A stretch of 56,583 bases of DNA, counting the filler, from Sluysia triapertura (Eukaryota): NCBI GenBank assembly GCA_046118255.1. It is 4 parts of 4 records of this genome, joined end to end, with 100 filler letters (N's around TTAATTAATTAA, not from the genome) between each part and the next. Parts side by side here need not be neighbours in the genome. Positions count along the whole stretch, not along the records: positions 29,134 to 40,303 come from JBJNIA010187945.1; positions 40,404 to 56,583 come from JBJNIA010209146.1; 2 more parts are not named here. The stretch is one strand, 5' to 3'. The translations under genes were made by a program, and so were the position numbers. The notes under the pieces were generated by a model. It was not told the origin of the DNA, searched no databases, and saw nothing but the letters and a program-made list of their open reading frames with translations. Below are positions 37,400 to 50,900 of this stretch, piece after piece; the first letter of the stretch is position 1, and each line of letters starts with the position of its first letter.

Positions 37400-38580
37400 T
37401 AATCAACCACTCTCCATTTGGTTGGTTATCCAATCACGACTCTAAAAATTTACAGTGTATAATATGAGTCGTGATTGGATGTTGGTGTAGTTATCTAACT
37501 TGTGGTAATGAACCATCATCAATATTGACATACTAATAATAATGACGAATAAAGTGTCGCTATTGATGATGGTGACGACTAAAATAATTCAATTTTATAA
37601 AATTATTTGATGATTAATAATAATAATATTATTATTGTTAAATAAAATTAAATCACATAAATCTTTCTCTTAAAATTACACAAACTTGTCTTTCAAATTC
37701 TTTATTGCTTCTAACATATTAAATCAAAAGGAATTAGTATTATGTGAAGGAGCAACAGTAACATGGTATACTATGGTTAAGCTATCGTTGTTTCCTTCCA
37801 CAAAAGAAATGAATTCTTTAAAACAATATTAGATTCATTTTGAATTTTTGAAGATGAAAAATGATTTGAGTTGGAAGTGAAACAAAGAATGTTAGAATAA
37901 ATTCTTGAGATTTATTTAAGGTTTAAAATCGAAAAATTTATGCATTGAATATAATAGTTTGAAAGGCTTGTTAAAAGGTTATAGTTTATTTAATTTAAAA
38001 GAAAATTACAAAATAAATCTTAGCGTATTTACAATGTTGTTGTAGAATGTTGATAATGGTTTTGTGTAGATGAAATGGGTTTGAATTAGTATAATTGATT
38101 CGAGATTGCGACCTAAATGTTTTCTATGTTTCAGGTACTTGTTAGTGTTGTTGAATGGTGTTAATGTATTTGTGATTTAATATTATGCGTTGTGGTTGTG
38201 ATTTGGTTTGAGAGAATGATTATTGAGTGAATCTTATAGATTATTCGGTATTAATTATCAAAGTATAGTATGAGGTGAATGATTGAGAGTATTAGACGAA
38301 TTGCTTGAGATGTATATGTTGTTGACATATTATAAATGTCGAACATTGTTTATGATTAATCAGTTAATGTAATTCGATAGTGAAATGTGATTGGGTTAGA
38401 TGTTATGTTTTTATGAACTAGTTGTTGTAATTTGATAATGTTAAGTGTGATTGTGATTTAAAAGTTATGAGATTTTAGAAAATTTTGAATTATGAGTGTT
38501 GGCCACTACAAATTTAATTAAATTTTCATATGTAATTTAATTGCAATTTATAATTTTATACTTTATTTTCAGGTTAGCGT
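37400..38580. repeat. Large strand-skewed dispersed repeat (family B) with an inverted CCAAT hairpin
   Basis: 37830-37985 aligns with 28850-29030; similar G/T-versus-A/C-skewed tracts at ~3950-4080, 6110-6350, 43000-44350 and 52400-52700. Boundaries approximate. Confidence 0.5.
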
Positions 38581-40303
38581 ATATTTCATCAAGTAGTTGT
38601 GAAGATCGTTAATCGTCATCAACAAGTAATTATTTTAATAATTGGTAATTTTGGTTCATCTGTCAACATTAATGTGGTCAATTTTTTAGATTCCACTGTA
38701 TGAGAATTTTTCTGCAGACTTTCTTTCTACAAGACATTATTCAAATGCATGTGCTATCGATTTTATTATTAAAATCACATTTTTTCATTCATACAGTGTT
38801 TCTACTCTTTTACTTTACATTCTATTTTTGTTTTATTTGTCTGTTTTAAATATTTTAATTTAAAATATTATAGCCTAGACTTAAATTATTCAAAGTTTGA
38901 CCAATATAATCAATTATACTAACTCTAATTTTGATCAATTCATTCCTTCCCAATTTAAAAGATACTAAGATAATTGATTGCCTTGTTTAAAAAGTTAAAT
39001 CTCTAAATAACAAATGACACACACAATCCACAAATTCTCAATTCCTTTGTCCGCACAAAATCGACACTCATGATTCAAACTAAATTATATTTGTTCTGAC
39101 AAAACTTGACATATTACAATATTTCAAAAATAATTATTATGACTAATTAATTTTATGTTACTTAATGTGTTCCAATAAATACATTTATCAACTTACCTTC
39201 TGATATGGCTTTCTTTAATTTTAACAATTTCGAACAAGTGAAAATAATTTCTTAAAGTGCTACGATTTTGATTAAATAATTATCAGATTAAGAATCGATC
39301 TTTCACAAAGATTCATTTAATATATGTTTCTGTTTTATCCAATTACTTTATGATGCATAATTACACTAACTAAGACATTTGAAATTAATTAAAATAATTT
39401 TCTGCATTATTTCCATATGTAAATGTAAAGTGTTCATAATTTGTAAAGTGTTCATAATTCATATGTAAAATGTTCATAACTGTTCATAAAGTGTTAATTT
39501 AATTGCAGGATTTCAATATATGTGAACATTGATATTCGTATAAACATTAATTTTGTGTGCATAAAACATTAATTGATTTATTAAATCATTTTTAGAATTT
39601 TACTAATCCTGGAAATTTTTATTTTAATTGTTAATGTAAGTAATTTTAATTATTTTGCTCTTAAAGTAACGTAAAATATTAATGTAAGTTATTTTAAAAA
39701 ACTATTTTAATTATTTTGTTATTAAAATACATTTATTAAATAAATTTTGTTTTAATAAATTAATTTTTAACAGTTGTTTTAATTTGATGAAGGTCGGATT
39801 AAAACCAAATAAAATTTTCGGAATTAACTCACAAGATTTTTATAAAACTTTTTACAAGTTTCATAATTTTGAAGTTACGGTTCCAGCAACATTCCAATAT
39901 TTTGAAATTATCATCGTTTTAAATTTTACGTTAGTTTAATTATTGTGAGGTCAGATACCTCCGAGTATCATTTGTAAAATCTCACTTAAAATCTTTTTAA
40001 TAATTTTTAGGATCTTATCATAGATCCAACGTAAAATATGTTGTTAAAATCAATTATTTTTATTTCATTAACTCAAGTAGTTAATTTGTGAAAAATATTA
40101 TTTTTATTTATCGATTTGTGTACTTTTTTAAATTGTTTGTAAAAATAAATTATTGACATTAATTGTTGTCTATAATTTAATTTATATAGTTGTAACTATA
40201 AAATTGATCGATTCACAAGTATTTATTTTCAAACTATTATCAAACCAGTGATCATTGAAAGGTAAAATAATAATGATAATAATAATTATAATAATAATAA
40301 TAA

Positions 40304-40403
40304 NNNNNNNNNNNNNNNNNNNNNNNNNNNNNNNNNNNNNNNNNNNNTTAATTAATTAANNNNNNNNNNNNNNNNNNNNNNNNNNNNNNNNNNNNNNNNN
40401 NNN
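40304..40403. other. Artificial contig linker
   Basis: N44-TTAATTAATTAA-N44. Confidence 0.97.
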
Positions 40404-40520
40404 GTGCCAACTACTAGTTATAAGACGCTTACACTAAAATATAGTTTAGTAAATAATGCAGCAATAAAAAATGAGTTTTTCGGACGTTTTTTTGAAAAAA
40501 ATTGAACGTTAAGGGGTTAA
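40404..40520. mobile_element. piggyBac-like right end abutting the mariner
   Basis: ...GAACGTTAAGGGG|TTAA: GGG terminus plus TTAA target site. Confidence 0.55.
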
Positions 40521-41108
40521 AGACTGTGATTTGCTTCTCAAACGTCATGAAATTTATCCATTTTTAACGCGAATTATTACTGGAGACGAGAAATGGGCTG
40601 TTTTCAAAAATGTTAAACTCAAGAGACCATGGAGTAAAAAAGATGAACTAGCTCAAACCACTTCGAAGGCCGATATTCACAAACGGGATCGTTTATTGAG
40701 CTTCTAAAGTGTACTACGATCAAGTGGACAAATTGAATTGATCAGTAGAAAAGGTATATGACTCCACCACGATAATGGGAGACTTCATAAAGCTGGCAAC
40801 TCTCCAAAAGCTTTTACAACTTGAATGTAATATATTCTCTATTCTTGGCACTTTCGAACTATTACTTGTTATAGTCTCTGCAAAATTTTTTTTGGACGGG
40901 AAGACCTTCACTTTAAATCAGGACGTAAAGTTTTTTGACAACAAAGATAAGTAGTTTTATGAGAGTTCAATCAATCTCCTGCTCGAAAGATAGCAAAAGG
41001 TATTGGACCAAAATGCAAAATATATAATTTAATAAAATGTTTACACTCAAAAAATCGCGTTTCATTTTCACCACAAAAAATGAAATTACTTTCCGAATAA
41101 CCCAATGT
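40521..41108 (+). mobile_element. Decayed mariner (mellifera-subfamily-like) transposon with 3' TIR
   Basis: CDLLLKRHEIYPFLTRIITGDEKW...AQTTSKADIH; C-terminus FYESSINLLLER*QKVLDQNAKYI; TIR-like GAAATTACTTTCCGAATAACCCAA. Confidence 0.9.
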
Positions 41109-41359
41109 AGAGAATAAGATTAAAAAAGTATTTTATGACAGAATAAAATTGGCTATTTGACGAAATTAATTATAGGAAAAAAACTATAGAGGTATTTTTA
41201 CTGACACGATAAAAACTTCTCTTACAATATACAAGATTTGGGATTGAAGATTCTGGGAATAGTGTATAGTGTATCATTTTAAATATGTTCTATATTTTTG
41301 ATTTATCGCTTCAGTTGTTTATTTAATTTAATTGAAGTTTTTAAAATTTGGAAAAAGTT

Positions 41360-41540
41360 TAATGCGCAACTTGTTGACATTATTGGAAAAAAGTAGTCGC
41401 AGCATCAGATACATGCGGAATGATATGCGAAGTAGAAGGTTCTGACATTATCAATGTAAAAGTGGTAAAACGATGGTATATAATGTTTAATGATTGGTAT
41501 TTAGAGCTTAAAGACAAGAATAGATCTTGTCACTCAAGAA
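41360..41540 (+). mobile_element. Mariner N-terminal HTH remnant
   Basis: AASDTCGMICEVEGSDIINVKVVKRWYIMFNDWYLELKDKNRS resembles mariner A..I..VYG.....RW...F..G...L.D..RSGRP. Confidence 0.65.
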
Positions 41541-44500
41541 TTAGATTTCATATAAACCTTCACTGAAACAAAACAAGTTCAAAGCCTTCAATAGCTAGGT
41601 GATATTCAAATTTCTCGATTATTTTTTTTATTTTATTCTAATCCCACTAAAATTTTAACAAATTTTACAAAAAAGACAAGCAGCTAAATAACATACACTA
41701 ATATAACCAAGGTTATATAACTTGGATGACGATTCGATTCTGTTTTATAAGAATTCGTGTTATATGGGGACTCCGGCATAACATGGTACGTAACTATCGC
41801 GTTATAAGAATTGTAACTGAATACAAAGTAAACATAGACATACAAACATAAAGAGTTTAATATGAGGATCGCATTACATATTTATTTTTATTTGTCAAGA
41901 TTGCTATCGTGTCATTTCTTTTGAACATGATTGTTTCGATATTTTAGGAAACGATATAACTCTTGATTTGGATTAATATAAAAAGTAGGATAAAATTTGA
42001 AAATATTTAGTGGAATACCCGAATTATATAAAATTCTTTAAAAGTGTTAGGACATTATTACCCTCTAAATTATAATTTTTTATAATTTTCATTAATAATA
42101 ATATCACGCCTACATACATGAATTTAATTTAGTCATTATTATAAAACAACATTCATAATTAATTTAGAAAATTTATAGTAAATTGTATGTGAACTAAATT
42201 CAGAATTACATGAGAAAAATCACACTTTGGAAAAGGTAAAATTAGAAATAATCTCTACCAAAATGCACGATTGATTATCGAACTTTGACAGACGTTTAAG
42301 CTCAGACAAACGTGCAAAATTTATAAATTGTAAGCTTTTAAATAATTCTCTAATATCATCGAATGCCTCTGGTCTCAGTGAACTCTCTATGCATTTAAAA
42401 TAACCTTCTTTATATGCTTGCATTATTTTAATTTTAAACACTTTAATGTGAACTTTATCAAATATTAATACTTCCGACTATTTGCGACGAGTTCTTAAAT
42501 TCTATCAATATGTATTCTCATTCTTCAACAATAGTTTCCAAACTTTTCCGCCCTAATTTAAAGTCTCTTAATAATTATTCTATCTTATAGACTCTTTATT
42601 GTCTTACGTTGTGAACAATTACGCTTTAAGTTTAAATTATTCTGAGTCGAGATCGGATACTTGTTCCGATAAGCTGGAATGGAAACGCAAATAAGTTTAT
42701 TTCAAATAAACATTATTATTACAGTGTAGTTTATTTTATCTTGTCTTTTATTCAAATCCTCTTTTACTTAATAATAGGATTTCAATCCAATATTAACTTC
42801 AATCTCTTTTGGGCACTATTTTTGATTTTCTCTCAAGTTTAGTTAAAAATGCTAAGATTAAGATTATTCAAATATTTCACAATAATAGTTAATAATAGTT
42901 GCAATAACCAGACTAATAACTCTGGCATAAGTTTGAAAGAATGTTAAAATTATCGATATTAATAACAGATTAAAATAAAATTTTAAATATTTTACAATAA
43001 ACGAATATATCAATACAACTTTTAACAAAAATATCAATAGTGGTCAATCTTTCACTATTATCAAATTTTATAAAAATCCTTTTTCATAATACTACAAAAT
43101 CAAATATACCCTCAAAATCTACAATTCATATTCAAAAATTAATATAAAACAATATCAAACTAAATCAATACATTGTACATAAAACCATATCCTTTAACAT
43201 TTTAACATTCACATATTTGTCTCTTCTACATTCACTAAAACAGTTCATCTGCCAAAGTCAATTTATATCCACAATCTCATAACATATGAAACACAACGAC
43301 ATCCAATACCATCAATTTACATTAACAGATTCATCAAAAATATTTTACTCTACATTCATAACAATCCAACTACAACCACATTCAAAATTATCTACCCGAC
43401 ACCTTCGAATCAATTCGAACATTTTAAATTCATCACTCGTTATAATTTAATTTCAACAGCACATAAATACATCACTATTTAAAAACAATAAGACAATAAA
43501 TCACATTTTAAACATCTATAAGCACCTTACGAACATATCAAAAGTGAGACTGTAACTTATCTACTTTTTATACACTCAACTACACCCTTATAACATATTA
43601 ATAACTCATGATCCATTAACATTTTCAATTAGAAACATTATTTCATTTAGAACACCAGGCTCAATTATCTAAAATTTACGAAAAAACTAGAAAACAGCAG
43701 TTAAGATTTATATTAAAAAAGCCTTACACATTATTTTACATCTTTAAGCCTTAACATCGCAAATTCACAATTCTGTAACGTTGATTTGTTTTCATAAGCC
43801 TAATATGTTAAGAAATCTAAAAGGGTTTAAAGTAAGATCATGTATAATTTTTAAAGAATCTAAGACTTTATGCATTTTAATAGCAATAATAACGATAACA
43901 CTGTTGCTTTTGTTATTATTGTTATTATCCTTAATTCCATAATTTTTAACTCTAGCTTTCAAATATGTCAAGAAATATAAAGAAAACTTAAGAAAAGTCG
44001 TAAAATTCAGAAAGAGTTTATGCAGTTTAATAATAATAATAATAATAACATCATCAATTTTTGTTCGAAATTTTTGTTATTCACCACTGATATTAACTAT
44101 GTATTTCATTTCAAAATTTAATTACCATTAGCTGTCATCAGTCGACAGATATTTCAAATTAATTTTACCCTTTTGCCAGCTGTCGACTAATGAAAGCTCA
44201 TTATACAACCATCTATTTCATTTTCTACTCTTGTTGACTGCCCAATCAAAATTCGTATTTGCGTCACTGGTCTTATCCACTTTGATTGGGCAGCCAATTA
44301 CAATTACAATAGATAGAAATAAAAATCAATGATGTAACTAGAATTTACCAGTAATTATTAAAAATTTGTAGTTAATTATTAAAAATACAAAAACGTTTTC
44401 GTCTTGATAAAATTAATTATTACTTGTTTGATGAGTAACAAACAATTTGAATTTAAACTTAAAGCGATGACGAAGTAAACGTATCGATGATATAATATTT

Positions 44501-47500
44501 GATGACGAATTTTCTATTGCCTATGCTGGAGGTGAAGCATATTTATGTAAATATATGATTGAAACACGTATTGCTCATACAAAATTAACTCTTACCAAAA
44601 TAAATTTTATTAGTAATCTAGTAGATAAATAACGTTATTTCCTCATGTATACGTAAGTCCACTTGGACAATTACAAAATGTTTTTAATGAAATCAATTTA
44701 GCTTCCAACAAGATGATTATCTTCAAAACAATTTTCTGAAACAAGCAATTAGCGATAAATCTAAACCCGTGCTTATACCGTCGTAAAAAAATCAAACGAT
44801 GCCTTTCGTAATCTTTTTACAAGATCAAATCAATTATGCCTTAAGATTATTTCTGTTCGAGATTGGCGAAATAGTATAGATCTATACAAATTTGAACATT
44901 AATTTATGATAGTGAAAACAATCGGAACATGCAATTAAAATTTTTTGGATCACACAAAGATTATATTCATAATAAAGTTCAATCATTCCAATATTCATCA
45001 TGCTACAGAATTATTAGTTCAGCATTAACAATGACTGATAAAACAATCGAATTTAAAAGTCGATCTTGCTATTTTAATTCAAATCCAATACATGAATTAA
45101 ATAGAAAAGAGTGCAATGATTCGGTGAACTGTCATGACTACAAGGATCTTCATTAAGTTAATTATAAACCAAACAAGCTAAAAAGAATGATGTGTATGTG
45201 ATATCAGTGATTAACTTATATTAGTAATGATTCATTCATCATTCATATTGATAATTTAAATTTATTCATATTGAATTCATTAACAATAATATTAATGTTG
45301 ACATTAAATGATAAATTTTATTTTATTTTGTAAATTTGGAATAAAAAATTTTCTTTCGGAATACTGTAACAATATAATTACGTAATAATTTTTATTTATT
45401 TTTAATAATTTTTTACCAATTAATTTTTATTTTTATTTTTAATAATTAAAACTAACTCACTAATTTATTAATTTTAAATTTTGTTTAAATGTTTTAACTT
45501 GATATTTTGGTTTTAGTTTGACCAAGGTCAGTTCTACGGAAATTTTAACTACCCATAAGTGACGTTAATTTAATGATTTTTAAGGCTGATATAAATTTTT
45601 ATATCTTAAGTAAAATATACTTAAAATCTGCATTCATAATTCATAATTCAAAATCTTTTCTAAATTCTAATTAGTTAGTTAAAGTAAATTCTTAGTATTA
45701 TAGTTAACCTTATTTGTATAATTTTTATATTTTCGTACTAAATAATAAGTATTTTTTGCGTTACAATTTTTTAACTTACATAGTTACAAAATCAATTAAA
45801 ATCTTACTATTTTGTAGCTTTCTAGAAGGTAAATTTTTACTTTTTTAATTTCGTATAAGGGAATCATACGTAAAATACATAATTAAACTTAATTTATTTA
45901 ATAACTTGAATTAAAAAAATCCTTAGTAAAAATATTCACCTTCAGATAAAGAGGCATTCCAGAAAACATATTTTTCTTTTACGTTTATCTTATAAAAATC
46001 CAACGGCTGGCCATAGCAGGTAAGCCCAGTACGTTGGTGGACTCACATCTTTAACTTCTTTTATTCTACTTTGCTCACATGTACTTACAAAGCCGATATA
46101 AATGGATTGTGTTTGAAATACGGAATTACTTGCAGCTATGCTCATACTATTAATAAATTAGAAGATGCAATATTCCATGGCTATCCGTCGTTGTCGCACA
46201 ACACTAGATTGGAAAAATTGTTACTTCCACTCAACATCCAACTAACTGATGATCAAATGGTAATGAAGATCGAACAACCGTATCAAAACCATGATTATGC
46301 TACAAGCGAGATAAATAATTACGAATTTTATAATAAAACTTATTTATCTATGATTTTTATTTCAGACGTTTAGATCCTGAACATGGTCGGAAAGGCTATC
46401 TGGAAAAAATTGAATTTAATAGAAATTTGTAGTGTACTAATTAATAGAATTATTAAATCTAATCTTTCTTTTGTTAATTTTTGTTATATAAAATTAATTA
46501 TTAATAAAAATGTAAAATATAATTTTTTGCTTTCTATAAAATCTAATAAATTTTACAAAACTGTTAATCATGTAATACTTATAGCTATAACTAAAACCCT
46601 ACACTAAAATTATTAATATTATCAATGAATTTAAGTGAAGTTATTTTTAAATGGAAGCTATAATATTTGTTACTCACTTGTAACAGTTTTCTTTATAATT
46701 GTTTATAATCAGCTTGATTTATAGCTGGTTCCGTAAACCTGTATCTTCTGTTCTAATCGATGACAAGTTGGTCCAATTCTCTTCGAATCAAAACAATGAT
46801 GAGAAATTTTTTCACAATTAATCGATCTAACCTACTCCGTAAGTATGATAATGGATCTATGTATGCGCACTGTCAAACAATATTCGCAATAAACTTTCGA
46901 AATCGATTTGTATTTATTAGTGTACATATTAGTTGTGTTTCGGGATCATTTTGGATCATTTTTTGTGACTATTTATGTTATTTTTGTTTTATACTTGCAA
47001 TTCGCTGATACTTTCAGAAGTGTGATGGAATTACGGTTATGACAATCGTATTTTTTTCCTTAATTTTCTCATGTAAATATGTCATTTGCGTCAAGTGACG
47101 CACTTGGTCCTTCTAGTATTAAATGAATTTTAGATTTGATTTGAAAACTTGGAAATTTAAAATAAATGAAAATTAAAATCTAAATTTAAAATAAATGAAT
47201 ATTATGTTACAATTGCATCGATTCATTTCAGTTTTTCCATAACTTTGTAAGTTCCTGTATAAAACTGAGGTGATTGTGCATTCGTAAAATTTTAATAATA
47301 TTTCATTTTTAACACCAATTAGACAGTTTTGAATACAAAGCCGTATTTTGCCACGTTTGGATCAAATACATATCAAGAGCATTTTGGATGAATTATCGAT
47401 CGAGACTCCATGAAATTACTTAGAGTAAATCTAAATGTAATACGTTTTTGAGCTTTCTTACATCAAGCTATAAAATACACTTAAAATCTTTCATTTATTT

Positions 47501-47618
47501 TCAAATTAATTTAAAGTAACCTCCAAAATTACATTATTTAATAAATATTCAATGTTTATTTGTTTATCTTCTCAGTATCCTTCCTTGTGTTTTTATAATT
47601 TCAAGGCAATTCAATATT

Positions 47619-47914
47619 CAGTGTATCCTCGTATATTGAGATCCCAAATCGCGCGAATTCGTATAACTCGGTGATAAAATTGCGACAAATCTCACATAAC
47701 GAACAAATTTACCTCAAGCAACGCGTTAAATGAAACTTTTAATTTTATTATTATCCAAGATGAGTTCGTTCTATCTATCTATCGTTAATAATTATCTATC
47801 GTTGATAATTAAGCTATTTTTATTGTTCTATGTTTATATGTTTATGCTCGCTTTGTATTCAGTTACAATTCTTATAAAACGATAGTTAAGCACCACGTAC
47901 ACGGGGATCGACTG
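47619..47914. mobile_element. pogo/Tigger-like MITE
   Basis: Imperfect TIRs CAGTGTATCCTCGTATA / TACACGGGGATCGACTG|TA. Confidence 0.65.
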
Positions 47915-50900
47915 TATTATCCATAACATCCATCTGAACTATGAATTAATAAACAAAAACTTAAAACTGAATTTTATTATTATTATTATTATCATACATT
48001 TAGAAGATTTGTTGATCATAACTTTATTTATTTATCTTAATTTATTTATAATTTATTGATTTCTACTAATACCAGTAAGTATATTTCTATTTCTAATATT
48101 TAATCGATTTATTTTAATTTATTTAATAATTTATTTATTTAATTACTATTTTAATTATTTCTAAATGAAAATATTTATAAAATTATTTTCTAAATAAAAA
48201 ATATTCAATAATTTTAGAATAATTTTTGTTTTACTTTATCAAATTGTATAATTTTGTTTTATTATATCAACAAAGAAAAAAACTACATTAACTCATAAAT
48301 ATGAATAACAATCTCACATCAACTTTTGACAAAATATTATCAATTCAAAGATATTTCGTTTAAGAAACAGATTTTATTGATTTCTATTGGTAACATTTTA
48401 TGCACACTGATTTTTTTTCAAAAATCATCGTTAGTTTAAATTTAAGTTTAACGAAAAATTTAAATTCCGTTAAATGCACTTAAAATCATTAATAAAGTTT
48501 TTTTTATCAATCTGTTAATTAGATTGAAGTAATTTTTTTTATAAAACTTGCAAATTTGAGCTAGATTAATAGCCATCTAGGTTTTAATCTTGTAATATAA
48601 TTTGTTTTTTTGCAATTATATTATATTATATATAATTTAATTTTATCGAATACTGTCACTTAATTTTTGTCGAATATAAATTAGTTGTTTATATTTGCTT
48701 CAATAAAGATTAATCTTTTCGCGCAATACTAATTTATATAATTTCAAATTCCCATTTAAAATCTACCTTTATACTGTCAAATTAAATATTAAATCTTTTG
48801 TTTATAGATCTTATTTAATAGGGATCTTAAACAAAATCATTTAAAATCGTCATTGAAATAGGACGAATAACAAATCGTTGACATTACTATTAGGTCTTTT
48901 GCGAAATTTAACCTCCTAGAAATTAAAGAATTTCTCAACAATAATTATTTTTATATTTAATACTATTTTATACGTGTTAATCCTAAATGAGTAAGTCTAA
49001 CATCGTAAGGAAATCACATAAGTTAATCTAATTTATTTTGATACAGAGAAAACCATACATAGATAATAACATCGGTTTAATATAATTTACACAATTTATG
49101 AAAACAGACATAATTTACAAGTTGAAGATATCATTTTCCAGACGTTTATAGTAGCATTTATTTTAATTTAATATGCAGCAGTAATTATTTTGCGTGGAAA
49201 ATTTAAATTAACAATAATCATTTTAAGTGGGAAAATTTAATCTTCTCGCCGCGGAATCGTTTATTTTTCTGTAACTTGGTAGGTTATTTCATGATAAGGA
49301 TATTTCAACTTTTGAAATTGAAATACCAAAATACACTTAATATCTAATTTATATATTTTTAGTTTCCCATTTGCTGAGAAGTGAAATCTAATTTAAAATA
49401 TTGAGTTGCATAAATTAAAGGCTCAAGGGGATTTAATTCTAAATTTTAATTATACATTTTTATTTTATTCTCTACTTTCTCTTATAATTATTAACGTTAA
49501 AAATGAAAGTTTGTGTTATTGATATAATTTTTATTGGATTGAGTACATAAATAGTGAAAGATAATTTAAAGGCAGAGTAAGTTACTCTTCTACACAAGAC
49601 CTCTGCTTAATAAATTAAACAGAATTAATGATAAAAGATAATCACTCGCTACTCTACGTTAAGTCGTTTACTGTAACTGGACCTTACCAAAATTTATTTT
49701 GCCGCAGGTTAAGAGTTAAGAAAACCGCATCAGTTTGATGAAATAACGAATTAAAATAATTTAATTCAACAAGAAATCTTTCAGATACAGCAATAATACA
49801 AAATAAAAAAATATATAAATTGTAATCTCATTAAAAGTTATTCTACTTGCGAATTATTTCAAAAAACTTTCATTGGGTGTGTTTACAATTAATAACCTAC
49901 CGGAGTTAAATCCTCTATATTATATCCAGACCAAATTCTTTAAGATTCTGACGTTAGTTTTGTTTATACATGTTTTATATTTTGAATGTAATATTTAAGA
50001 TTTTAGAGTCATTTAAAATTCTATAAATTAATATTTAAACTTTCAAATTAATATTTAAAGTTATGAATTAAATTGTAAACTTGTACATTTATATCAAAAT
50101 TTCTGGTTAATCCGGTAAAATTAAAGATTTTTTTAGGTGTCCATCACCTGTAAATCATTTTAAAATACCATCACAATCTTTAAAATATTATTTTTCCAAA
50201 GAAAATTTGTTTCCAAAAATAGAATAGAAGTTTCTAGAATGTTCTTTAAAATTCCATTGATTCTTCTTGGGTAATGGCTAGTATATAAACTACCATCAGT
50301 TTAATTTAGTCGCCATATTGTTTTCTACACAATTGTTATAAAATTTTTCATAGTTATTCCATCCATCATTAAATTATCATCTTCTTTGTTGGAATCAATA
50401 CATGATTGTTGTAAGTTATTTTTGTTAAGGGGATACTAATTTATCTGAATTAGCATCCTAAAATACAATTAAATTTATTTTTCAAACATTAAGTTCCCTG
50501 ATATGTTGGGGGTTAAAATAAACTTTACTTTATTATAAAAGCAGTTAAATACTCGTAATTTAATTTAAAAAAATTTAATCTTTGTCTATTTTTATTTGTT
50601 CTTTTTGTCTTTGAGTAATACGAACATCTTTGTAAATTATAATTTATTCTGTAATTTTAAATAAAACCTTTTTGAATTATTGTTTAATTAATAACAGATG
50701 GGTGAGGAAACTAGTAAACGAGTCAAATCATTTCTGATATGAGATAACATTGAAAGAGCAATTAGATTTAAGACCTAAGGAATAATATTTAATATATTTA
50801 AAAATTTTCTAAATTAAAGATAAATTGGACGTTAACATTGGTTAGCTTAGTTACAGAACGTCGTAAGTCGTTTACTGTAACCGGACTCTGCTCAAAAATA

